Below, piece after piece: positions 20,413 through 28,084 of a stretch of DNA of 55,575 nucleotides. The stretch's first letter is position 1. Every line of letters starts with the position of its first letter. The position numbers and the translations under genes are program-made. The notes beneath the pieces were generated by a model that was not told the origin of the DNA, ran no database searches, and saw only the letters and a list, made by a program, of their open reading frames with translations. The stretch is from Candidatus Krumholzibacteriia bacterium (GTDB lineage: Bacteria; Krumholzibacteriota; Krumholzibacteriia; LZORAL124-64-63). Where the stretch lies: contig JAGLCY010000029.1 of NCBI GenBank assembly GCA_023270185.1, forward strand, positions 1-55,575. Direction: 5' to 3'.

Positions 20413-20847
20413 ATGGGCATGCTGTATACTTTGTTGATTGTCATTCACATCTTGATCTGCATTACTCTGGCTCTGGTGGTCCTGCTTCAGTCCAGTAAGG
20501 GCGGTGGTCTGGCTGGCGCGTTCGGCGGCGCGGGTGGCGCTCCCCAGCAGCTGCTCGGGTCCCGAGGTATGACTTCCCTCCTGCACAAGATGACCATCTA
20601 TTTGGCTGTCGCGTTTTTCATCTCCAGCTTCCTGCTGTTCATGGTCGACACCAGTGGCTCTTCCCGGAGTGGCGGCAGCAACGTCGTGGGCGACGCCGCC
20701 CGCGAGGGTGACATCAACGTGCCCATCCAGGAAGATCCCCTGCAGGATCCCATCCAGGTTCCCGCGCAGACTCCCGCTGAAACACCTGCTGGTCAGAGCA
20801 GTGGACAGACCGGTGACGATGCCACCGATGAAGACGGGGGCAACTAA
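20413..20847 (+). CDS. secG: Preprotein translocase subunit SecG with an acidic low-complexity C-terminal tail (start 20413 or 20419)
   Basis: LYTLLIVIHILICITLALVVLLQSSKGGGLAGAFGG is the SecG signature, and a second TM (MTIYLAVAFFISSFLLFM) is present. The tail is QEDPLQDPIQVPAQTPAETPAGQSSGQTGDDATDEDGGN. Confidence 0.85.
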   Translation: MGMLYTLLIVIHILICITLALVVLLQSSKGGGLAGAFGGAGGAPQQLLGSRGMTSLLHKMTIYLAVAFFISSFLLFMVDTSGSSRSGGSNVVGDAAREGDINVPIQEDPLQDPIQVPAQTPAETPAGQSSGQTGDDATDEDGGN

Positions 20848-20869
20848 AATTCTGATATGCTCAGAGTGT

Positions 20870-20955
20870 GCCCGGGTGGTGGAATTGGTAGACACGCTAT
20901 CTTGAGGGGGTAGTGGCCACAAACCGTGCGGGTTCGAATCCCGCCCCGGGCACCA
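20870..20955 (+). tRNA. tRNA-Leu (anticodon GAG), CCA encoded
   Basis: The acceptor stem is GCCCGGG/CCCGGGC and the D-arm is GTGGAATTGGTAGACAC. The anticodon stem CTATC/GGTAG carries the loop TT-GAG-GG. A long class-II variable arm and the T-arm GGGTTCGAATCCC are present, with a 3' ACCA. Confidence 0.9.
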
Positions 20956-20962
20956 CACATTG

Positions 20963-20993
20963 GGAAACTGTCTGCGGACAGTTTCCTTTTTTT
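20963..20993 (+). terminator. Rho-independent terminator after tRNA-Leu
   Basis: GGAAACTGTC (20963-20972) / GACAGTTTCC (20977-20986) with loop TGCG, then T7. Confidence 0.85.
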
Positions 20994-20996
20994 ATG

Positions 20997-21026
20997 TTGA
21001 CACATTTTTAACTGAGTAGAAATAAT
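20997..21026 (+). promoter_or_regulatory. Candidate sigma70 promoter for the lysine-repeat gene
   Basis: TTGACA (20997-21002), 18-nt spacer, AATAAT (21021-21026), in a very AT-rich stretch directly after the terminator. Confidence 0.4.
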
Positions 21027-21157
21027 GGCTCTACTTCAGCTGGCAGCCTGACGCCAGTCGGAGATGATAACAACATCCGAGACAGGAGGTCTTGCTCGGA
21101 TCCCACTGGGTGCGGGGTCCGGGTGGACGCAGGAACTCTCAACAAGTGAGGTCCGGT

Positions 21158-21604
21158 ATGGAGGAGAGGGAAGCCTTGATGGCCGCTGGCGCGACCAAAA
21201 AGAAGGCCAAGAAGAAGAAGGCTGCCAAGAAAAAGGTCACCAAGAAAAAGGCGACCAAGAAGAAGGCGACCAAGAAGAAGGCCACCAAGAAAAAGGTGAC
21301 CAAGAAAAAGGCCGCCAAGAAAAAGGTGACCAAGAAGAAGGCCACCAAGAAGAAGGCCGCCAAGAAAAAGGTGACCAAGAAGAAGGCCACCAAGAAGAAG
21401 GCGACCAAGAAGAAGGCCACCAAGAAGAAGGCGACCAAGAAGAAGGCCACCAAGAAGAAGGCGACCAAGAAGAAGGCCGCCAAGAAAAAGGTGACCAAGA
21501 AGAAGGCCACCAAGAAAAAGGCGACCAAGAAGAAGGCTGCCAAGAAAAAGGTGACCAAGAAAAAGGCCACCAAGAAGAAGGTAGCCAGGAAAAAGAGGAA
21601 GTAA
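21158..21604 (+). CDS. Histone-H1-like, extremely lysine-rich repeat protein (148 aa; probable nucleoid/nucleic-acid-binding protein)
   Basis: ATG at 21158 has a GAGG RBS 6 nt upstream. The product is MEEREALMAAGAT followed by 27 pentapeptide units K-K-K-[A/V]-[T/A]. Of the three forward frames, only this one puts G/C at nearly every third codon position (aag/gcc/acc), matching the genome's codon style. It has its own promoter and terminator. Confidence 0.75.
   Translation: MEEREALMAAGATKKKAKKKKAAKKKVTKKKATKKKATKKKATKKKVTKKKAAKKKVTKKKATKKKAAKKKVTKKKATKKKATKKKATKKKATKKKATKKKATKKKAAKKKVTKKKATKKKATKKKAAKKKVTKKKATKKKVARKKRK
21197..21601 (+). repeat. 15-nt in-frame tandem repeat (27 units) encoding KKK[AV][TA]
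   Basis: The unit aagaa(g/a)aaggc(c/g)acc is reiterated with few substitutions. 27 x 15 = 405 nt exactly fills 21197-21601. Confidence 0.9.
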
Positions 21605-21648
21605 GTGGCTGAATGAACGTTTCAGGCCCTGCAAGGGGACTGGAATCG

Positions 21649-21680
21649 AAAACCGCCGGGGTTTGCCCCGGCGGTTTTTT
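21649..21680. terminator. Bidirectional rho-independent terminator between convergent genes
   Basis: AAAACCGCCGGGG / CCCCGGCGGTTTT with loop TTTG. It is flanked by A-run and T-run, so it reads as a hairpin plus U-tract on both strands. Confidence 0.85.
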
Positions 21681-21728
21681 CATGCATCCAGGTCCGGATG
21701 CCATCTGCCCTGTCGGTGTGTTACGGGA

Positions 21729-22646
21729 TCAGTTGTTCTTCTCCGCCATGTGGGAAGCCCGGACTTCAGGGGGAACCACATCCAGATAAACGGTCAACCC
21801 CAGGCTGAAGGTCACGAAGTTGACCATGTTGGAATATCCAAGTTCTTCAACATCATAGGCGAAGTTGGTCAGGTCGACCTGGCCGGCGATCTGGAAATTG
21901 TCGAAAAGTTCGAAGTTCAATCCGAAGTTGCCTTCGAGATAAAGTCCGGTGACATCCGACAGTTCGCTGTAACGGTTGATGATTCCCCCCAATCCGAAGC
22001 CCAGTCGGGGAACGATTCCGAAAAAGGTGGCTGGGGTGGCGTCGTACATGAGGGCCAGTCCGCCCTTGAACATCTTGTAGCCGTCGTCCTTGTCGACCTC
22101 GATCCGTTCGGATTTGTCGGGGAAATTTTCCGGGTCCGACGTGAAGCGCATGGTTGTGACCGCCTGACCCGTGGCGTAGGTGCCCAGGAGGTCCATATGG
22201 AAGTCGTCGGAAATGTAGATGCCGATCCGGGCGCCGTAGGCCGGGCCTTCCTTAATCTCCTTGTGCGCGCCGGTGTAGTGAACGGGATCCTGGGATACGA
22301 GGAGGACTTCACCATCGTAACCCATGATGTCTCCGGCACCGCTGGCTAAGATCGTGCGGTCGGGAAGATCCATATTCTCAAGATACTTGGCACCGGAAAA
22401 TTGGCCGCCGAATACGGTGATGGCGTAACCCTTGACGGTGTAGTCGTCGTAGATCAGGGGTTCTTCCGGGATGGGGGCCGGGTCCTCCAGGGGGGGGGCC
22501 TCGGCGGGGGTGGAGTTCTCCTGGTCGGTCTGTTCGGCGGGGGCCGGAACAACAGGATCATCCGTTTCTTCCTGGGCCATCAGGGCAGGTCCGGAAAGGA
22601 GCAGGCCCATAGCAATCAGCAAGGACACCAAAGTTCTGAACTTCAT
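21729..22646 (-). CDS. Outer-membrane beta-barrel protein (unknown function) with Pro/Glu-rich N-terminal linker
   Basis: A signal peptide (MKFRTLVSLLIAMGLLLSGPALMAQE) and an acidic Pro-rich linker come first. Amphipathic strands follow (GARIGIYISDDFHMDLLGTY, GLYLEGNFGLNFELF, VNFVTFSLGLTVYL). Confidence 0.6.
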   Translation of the reverse strand: MKFRTLVSLLIAMGLLLSGPALMAQEETDDPVVPAPAEQTDQENSTPAEAPPLEDPAPIPEEPLIYDDYTVKGYAITVFGGQFSGAKYLENMDLPDRTILASGAGDIMGYDGEVLLVSQDPVHYTGAHKEIKEGPAYGARIGIYISDDFHMDLLGTYATGQAVTTMRFTSDPENFPDKSERIEVDKDDGYKMFKGGLALMYDATPATFFGIVPRLGFGLGGIINRYSELSDVTGLYLEGNFGLNFELFDNFQIAGQVDLTNFAYDVEELGYSNMVNFVTFSLGLTVYLDVVPPEVRASHMAEKNN

Positions 22647-22831
22647 CTAGTCACCTCAACCAGGCGCTGGCAACGGAGATTGGTGCATAGACCGCCTGAC
22701 AACTGGCTTTTTCGTGGGGCGCATTGGGATTGGGACGGCCGGAAGTTCCGGTTCCGTAACCCGAATAACGGTAGTGTACCGGCCTGTTTGTGTCCAGAAC
22801 TTTCCCCTTCTCCTATTCCGGTCCGGCCATG

Positions 22832-22860
22832 TTGACAGCGACTTGTCATACTATTACCAT
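22832..22860 (+). promoter_or_regulatory. Candidate promoter for the EF-G paralogue, with a palindrome over the -35 box
   Basis: TTGACA (22832-22837), 17-nt spacer, TACCAT (22855-22860). TGACA-N6-TGTCA (22833-22848) overlaps the -35 element. Confidence 0.35.
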
Positions 22861-22976
22861 TGCCGTTCGTCAAAAAATCCCGTCCTTGGATTATGGTACC
22901 CGGTCATGGGTGCCTGAATCGCGGTTTCGGCCGCGGTTAACCAACATTTGATCCCCTCGACTTCGGAGGATGTCCG

Positions 22977-25070
22977 TTGAAGACCTTTCCCATGGAAAAA
23001 ATCCGCAATGTGGCCCTTGTCGGCCCTCACGGCGTAGGAAAAACCAGCCTAGCCGACTCCATGCTTCATGTTTCCAAGAAAGTTGGTCGTAAGGGCAACG
23101 TGGGTGACGGAAGTTCCCATTTCGATTATTTCGAAGAGGAAATCGAAAGGAAGCAGACCGTTACCGCGAGCCTTGCCTGGACGGAATTCGAGGGTAACAA
23201 GATCAACATCATCGACACCCCGGGCGTGGATGATTTCCGGGGCGATGTGCATGCCGCATTGCGGGTGGTCGAGGGTCTCATGTTTGTGGTCAAGGCCGAT
23301 GGCGGCTTTGAGGTCGCATCGGAGAACCTTTGGAACCTGATCCGCTCCACCGAACTGCCAACCTTCATCGTGGTCAACCGGATGCACAAGGAGCAAGCGG
23401 ACTGGCGCTCGGTAATGAATGGTTTGAAGGATCGCGTGGCGGGCGTTGCCCCCCTGCAGTTGCCCATCGGCAACGGGGACAGCTTCGAGGGCGTGATAGA
23501 CCTGATCACCTTGAAGGCCTACAAGTCGACCGGTGAGGAATCCATCGCCATCGATATTCCCGCCGACATGAACGATGCCGTTGAGGAAGCGCGTGAAATG
23601 CTGATGGACGCGGCCGCCAGCGCGGACGACGATTTGACCGAGAAGTTCCTGGAGGAGATGACACTGAGTGAAGAGGATGTCATCCTGGGTCTGAAGAAAG
23701 GAACCCTGGAGGGTACTGTCTTCCCCGTCTTCTTCACCGATGCCGAGAAGGAAGTCGGCGTGCGATCCCTTCTGCGTTCGGCCAATAACCTGCTGCCGAG
23801 CAGCTTTTCCCGAACCCGCAGCGAGATGAAAGGCGTGCGGGCAGGGTTGGAAGAGGAAGCCTCGTTCACGCCCGGGCCCGACGGGCCTGTGGTCGCTTTG
23901 GCTTTCAAGCGGCAATATGAAGCTCAGGGAGGCGATGTCACCTGGCTGCGCCTTTTCAGCGGCAGCCTCAAATCCGGTGACAACCTTTCCTGCAGCGACG
24001 GCCGCACCAGCGAGCGCATGGGGCAGTTGAGCGTGACGGTGGGCAAGGCCAAGGAAAAAATCGACGTGGCGAGCCCCGGGGACATCGTGTTGGCCGCGAA
24101 ACTGAAAAACACCCAGACGGGGGATACCCTGACCTCGGGTGTGGATTTCGCCTTTGTCCCGATCACATACCCGGTGCCTACCAGCGCCGACGCCATCAGC
24201 CCGGGCACCAGCGGAGACGAAGACAAGATGGCCGCCGGGCTCAACAAGATCCACGAAGAGGATCCGACATTTTCCCTGATCCATCAACCCCATCTGGCCC
24301 AGACGCTGCTGGCCACCCAGGGTGAGACACACACCAACTTCATTCTCGATAAACTCAAGAGACAAACCGGTGTCACCGTGGAACGCCGACGCCCCCGTAT
24401 CAATTTCAAGGAAACCATCCGCGGCACGGCCGAAAAGCAGGGTCGGCACAAGAAGCAGAGTGGTGGCCGGGGCCAGTTCGGAGATGTCTTCATCCGCATG
24501 GAACCCCTGGAGAGGGGGACGGGTTTCGAATTCGCCAATGAGATCGTCGGCGGGGTCGTTCCCGGCAAGTTCATTCCTGCGGTGGAGAAGGGCTGCCGTG
24601 AGACCCTTCTGGAGGGGCTGATTGCCGGTTACGAAATGGTCGACGTTCGTTGCGCCCTCTATTTCGGTTCCTTTCACAATGTGGACTCGAGCGAAGCCGC
24701 GTTCAAGATGGCCGCGCGCAAGGCACTCAAGGCCGCCAGCGTGGAAGAGGCGGGTAAATTGCGACCGGTCATTCTCGAACCGATCATGCAGGTCAGGATC
24801 GTCGTTCCCCAGACCTACATGGGTGACGTGATGGGCGACGTGTCCACGCGGCGAGGCGCCCTGCAGGGTACGGACGCGGACGGTCCGTACCAGATCATCA
24901 TCGCCAATATCCCCGAGGATGAACTCTACCAGTACGCCACATCCCTCCGTTCCTTCACCCAGGGCACGGGTATCTTCACCATGGAATTCTCCCACTATGC
25001 CGAGGTTCCCGGTGACGTGCAGAAGCGGCTGATTGCCGATCACCAGAAAACCGAGACCGCTGAAGAATAG
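22977..25070 (+). CDS. Elongation factor G paralogue (EF-G2-like translational GTPase) with non-canonical G motifs; start TTG 22977 or ATG 22992
   Basis: Full five-domain EF-G length (697 aa). G1 is GPHGVGKTS, G3 is NIIDTPGVDDF, and domain IV/V-like segments (KKQSGGRGQFGDV, PVILEPIM) are present. It is not in an rpsL-rpsG-fusA-tuf context. Confidence 0.8.
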   Translation: MKTFPMEKIRNVALVGPHGVGKTSLADSMLHVSKKVGRKGNVGDGSSHFDYFEEEIERKQTVTASLAWTEFEGNKINIIDTPGVDDFRGDVHAALRVVEGLMFVVKADGGFEVASENLWNLIRSTELPTFIVVNRMHKEQADWRSVMNGLKDRVAGVAPLQLPIGNGDSFEGVIDLITLKAYKSTGEESIAIDIPADMNDAVEEAREMLMDAAASADDDLTEKFLEEMTLSEEDVILGLKKGTLEGTVFPVFFTDAEKEVGVRSLLRSANNLLPSSFSRTRSEMKGVRAGLEEEASFTPGPDGPVVALAFKRQYEAQGGDVTWLRLFSGSLKSGDNLSCSDGRTSERMGQLSVTVGKAKEKIDVASPGDIVLAAKLKNTQTGDTLTSGVDFAFVPITYPVPTSADAISPGTSGDEDKMAAGLNKIHEEDPTFSLIHQPHLAQTLLATQGETHTNFILDKLKRQTGVTVERRRPRINFKETIRGTAEKQGRHKKQSGGRGQFGDVFIRMEPLERGTGFEFANEIVGGVVPGKFIPAVEKGCRETLLEGLIAGYEMVDVRCALYFGSFHNVDSSEAAFKMAARKALKAASVEEAGKLRPVILEPIMQVRIVVPQTYMGDVMGDVSTRRGALQGTDADGPYQIIIANIPEDELYQYATSLRSFTQGTGIFTMEFSHYAEVPGDVQKRLIADHQKTETAEE

Positions 25071-25079
25071 GGGGCGATC

Positions 25080-25835
25080 ATGTCAGGACATTCCAAATGG
25101 GCGAATATCAAGCACCGCAAGGGTGCCCAGGACGCCCGGCGTGCCAAGGTGTTCACCCGCTTGATCCGGGAAATTACCGTCGCTTCCCGGCAAGGGGGGG
25201 GAGACCCGGAGGCCAACCCGCGGTTGCGGGCCGCTGTCACTACCGCCCGCGGTTCCAACATGCCCAACGATACCATCACCAAGGCCATCAAGCGTGGCAC
25301 CGGTGAGCTGGGCGATCTGATCATCGAAGAGGTCAATTACGAAGGGTACGGACCCGGCGGGGTGGCCATCCTGGTGGAATGCCAGACCGACAACAAAAAC
25401 CGGACGACCGCGGAAGTTCGTCATGTCTTCACCAAGTTCAACGGCAATCTCGGCGCCAACGGATGCGTGTCATACCTCTTCGAACGCAAAGGTATGATCG
25501 TACTCGACGGTGAGCGTTGCGATCTGGAGGCCGCCATGGACGTGGCCATCGAAGCGGGTGCCGAAGACGTTGAGGAGGAAGGCGAAATCATTTCGGTGAC
25601 CACCGCCATGGAGGATCTTCATACCGTGAGTGCCGTCCTCGGCGAAGCCGGCCTGCCGGTGACGTCCGCGGAGCTGGCGCAGATGCCCAGTATGACCGTC
25701 AATGTCGCCAAGTCCGATGCCCTGACATTGATGAAACTCATCACCAACATGGATGATCTCGATGACGTGTCCCAGGTTTCGGCGAACTTCGACATCGACG
25801 ACGAGGTGATGGCGGAGATAGAGGACAAACTTTGA
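25080..25835 (+). CDS. yebC: YebC/PmpR (TACO1) family protein
   Basis: MSGHSKWANIKHRKGAQDARRAKVFTRLIREI... is the invariant family N-terminus. It lies upstream of ruvC, as in many bacteria. Confidence 0.95.
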   Translation: MSGHSKWANIKHRKGAQDARRAKVFTRLIREITVASRQGGGDPEANPRLRAAVTTARGSNMPNDTITKAIKRGTGELGDLIIEEVNYEGYGPGGVAILVECQTDNKNRTTAEVRHVFTKFNGNLGANGCVSYLFERKGMIVLDGERCDLEAAMDVAIEAGAEDVEEEGEIISVTTAMEDLHTVSAVLGEAGLPVTSAELAQMPSMTVNVAKSDALTLMKLITNMDDLDDVSQVSANFDIDDEVMAEIEDKL

Positions 25836-25851
25836 CTTCGGGAGGCCGCCG

Positions 25852-26331
25852 GTGATCATACTCGGCGTTGACCCCGGTTCCCACGCGACCGGTTTCGGTG
25901 TGATTTCCACCGGGTCGGTCGTTCGTATGTTGGGCGGAGGGGTGATCAGGGCCGGCAAGAACGCGCCGTTGTCCGATCGTTTGCTGACCATCCATACTGA
26001 ACTGGCGGCGGTGATCGATAAGTACAGTCCCATGACCATGGCGGTCGAAGACCTTTTCAACGCCAAGAACGCCCGGAGTTCCCTGATTCTGGGCCATGCC
26101 CGGGGCGTGATCCTGTTGGCGGGGTCCACGGCAGGGCTGCCGGTGTCCGAATACGCGCCCCGCGAAGTGAAAAAGGCCCTGACCGGAAACGGGGCCGCCA
26201 CCAAGGAGCAGGTTCGCTTCATGGTGATGCGGTTGTTGGCCCTGAAGGAATCCCCCCCGTTGGATATGAGCGACGCACTGGCTGTGGCTCTGACCCACGC
26301 TGGCCGCTCGCAATTCTCCGGGCTGGCTTGA
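25852..26331 (+). CDS. ruvC: Holliday junction resolvase RuvC
   Basis: IILGVDPGS..TGFGVI, the YSP..MAVEDLF region, and position before ruvA. GTG start. Confidence 0.9.
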   Translation: MIILGVDPGSHATGFGVISTGSVVRMLGGGVIRAGKNAPLSDRLLTIHTELAAVIDKYSPMTMAVEDLFNAKNARSSLILGHARGVILLAGSTAGLPVSEYAPREVKKALTGNGAATKEQVRFMVMRLLALKESPPLDMSDALAVALTHAGRSQFSGLA

Positions 26332-26396
26332 TCCCGACTTCTGGCGGATAATGACCGAGCGGATGATGAACCTCCTTCGGTTGGGAGAATTTAGCG

Positions 26397-26993
26397 ATGA
26401 TCGCGTTTCTGGAAGGCACACTGATTTCGGGAGGTACCGAGGCAACCGTATCGGTGGGCGGGGGTGTGGGCCTGGACGTCATACTATCCGCCCTTTCCGC
26501 CGAGCGTTTGCCGGCGGCCGGACAGCCCGTGCATTTGTGGACCCATCTGGCGGTACGTGAGGACAACTGGTCCCTCTACGGATTCGTTGAGGCCGAGGAG
26601 AGGGCCATGTTCCGCCTGCTGATATCGGTGTCCGGCGTGGGACCCAAGGTGGCCATGGGCATGCTTTCGCGTGTTTCGGGCAACCAGATCGCCGCCTACC
26701 TCCGTACAGGTGACGAAAAGGCCCTGACAGGGTTGCCGGGGATCGGCAAGAAGAGCGCGGCCCGCCTTGTGGTCGAGTTGGGGCAAAGGGTTCCCGATGC
26801 CGGCAGCCTGGACGATGGGGGTGGCGTCGTCGGTAGTCCGATGGAAGGTATGGGCCGGGCACTGGCGGTCCTTGGAGCCATGGGATTAGCGCCGGCGCAA
26901 GCTGAGCAGGCTCTCCTGCGGGCCAGGCAGACCGATGGTGAAATCGACCAGGACCTCGAAAAGTGGGTCAAGGCGGCATTGCAGAATCTCTAG
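26397..26993 (+). CDS. ruvA: Holliday junction branch-migration protein RuvA
   Basis: MIAFLEGTL..., LYGF..EER.MFRLLISVSGVGPKVA (HhH) and LPGIGKKSAARL. Confidence 0.92.
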   Translation: MIAFLEGTLISGGTEATVSVGGGVGLDVILSALSAERLPAAGQPVHLWTHLAVREDNWSLYGFVEAEERAMFRLLISVSGVGPKVAMGMLSRVSGNQIAAYLRTGDEKALTGLPGIGKKSAARLVVELGQRVPDAGSLDDGGGVVGSPMEGMGRALAVLGAMGLAPAQAEQALLRARQTDGEIDQDLEKWVKAALQNL

Positions 26994-27038
26994 TAGAATC
27001 TCTAGCAGAATCCCTGACAGACTGCTGAAAGGCATGGC

Positions 27039-28070
27039 GTGGAAGAACAGCGGTGGACAGATCCCGGCGAACAGAAAAGTGATGGGGACCTGGATCTCAG
27101 CCTGAGACCGCGGACCCTGGCGGATTTCGTCGGACAGGATAAGATCAAAGAGAACCTGCGGGTTTTCATCCAGGCCGCTCGCCAGAGGGGTGAGGTCCTT
27201 GATCACGTCCTGCTTCACGGACCTCCCGGTCTGGGCAAGACCACCCTGGCCCAGATTCTCGCCGTCGAAATGGGTCTTGAAATCCGACTGACCAGCGGAC
27301 CGGCCTTCACCAACAGCGCCGAATTGATTGCCCTGCTGAGTGAACAGACGGACCGTCGGGCAATCTTTATCGACGAGATCCACCGCCTGGGCCGTGTCAT
27401 CGAGGAACACCTCTACCCGGCCATGGAGGATTGGCGAGTCGAACTGATCATCGACAAGGGGCCCAACGCCAGGCACTTCAACCTCCAGTTGGAACCTTTC
27501 ACGATGATCGGTGCAACCACTCGCGCCGGGTTGATCACGCCGGCCCTGCGGAGCCGGTTCGGCATCGTGGCCCACCTCGATTTTTATCCACCCGAGGAAT
27601 TGGCGATCATCGTGACCCGAAGCGCGGGTATCCTGGGCATAGGTATTACCGAAGGCGGCGCCCTGGAAATCGCGCGGCGCAGCCGGGGCACGCCGCGGGC
27701 GGCCAACCGTCTGTTGCGCCGCGTGCGCGATTACGCCCAGGTCGACGGGCACGAACTCATCGACCAGGCGAATGCCGATTCGGGTCTGACCCGTCTGGGG
27801 GTAGATGTCCTGGGTCTCGAACCCCTGGACCGGCGGTATCTCCAGTTGATCATCACCCATTTCAACGGTGGTCCGGTGGGTATCCAGAACATGTCCGTCA
27901 GTCTGGGTGAAGAGTCCGACACGCTCGAGGATGTCGTGGAGCCGTTCCTGATCCAGTCCGGTCTGTTGATGCGCACGCCCCGCGGGCGTGAGGCGACGGT
28001 CCATGCCTGGACGCATCTGGGTCTTGAACCGCCTTCCGGCCCCGGGCCCGGACCGGGCGAACTTCTCTGA
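27039..28070 (+). CDS. ruvB: Holliday junction ATP-dependent DNA helicase RuvB
   Basis: LRPRTLADFVGQDKIKENL, Walker A GPPGLGKTT, Walker B FIDEIHRL and GTPRAANRLLRRVRD. Confidence 0.97.
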   Translation: MEEQRWTDPGEQKSDGDLDLSLRPRTLADFVGQDKIKENLRVFIQAARQRGEVLDHVLLHGPPGLGKTTLAQILAVEMGLEIRLTSGPAFTNSAELIALLSEQTDRRAIFIDEIHRLGRVIEEHLYPAMEDWRVELIIDKGPNARHFNLQLEPFTMIGATTRAGLITPALRSRFGIVAHLDFYPPEELAIIVTRSAGILGIGITEGGALEIARRSRGTPRAANRLLRRVRDYAQVDGHELIDQANADSGLTRLGVDVLGLEPLDRRYLQLIITHFNGGPVGIQNMSVSLGEESDTLEDVVEPFLIQSGLLMRTPRGREATVHAWTHLGLEPPSGPGPGPGELL

Positions 28071-28084
28071 TCCGGCGCGCGGAT

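Noticed and set aside
21197-21601. The tandem repeat as a possible CRISPR array or non-coding VNTR.
   Set aside because: The period is 15 nt with no unique spacers. The repeat number is an exact multiple of codons and it sits in frame within an ORF with start and stop signals.
21008-21634. Alternative frames over the lysine-repeat array. These are a Leu/Gly-rich 208-aa ORF and FFLVA / SWWPSS repeat ORFs on the - strand, and an acidic EEGDQEEGHQ ORF (21064..21612) on the + strand.
   Set aside because: A 15-nt repeat lacking stop codons is open in most frames. Only the KKKAT frame has an RBS-spaced ATG, G/C at nearly all third positions, and correct orientation relative to the flanking promoter and terminators.
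20870-22646. tRNA-Leu as an integration site, with the K-repeat gene and the OM barrel gene as cargo of a genomic islet.
   Set aside because: No integrase or recombinase is present. I could not spot a direct repeat of the tRNA 3' end downstream by eye. There is no obvious compositional shift apart from the promoter/terminator AT pockets.
23049-25043. 664-aa ORF antisense to the EF-G paralogue.
   Set aside because: This is a typical high-GC shadow ORF. The translation is Gly/Arg/His/Leu-rich with no motifs, while the sense strand encodes a full EF-G with conserved motifs.
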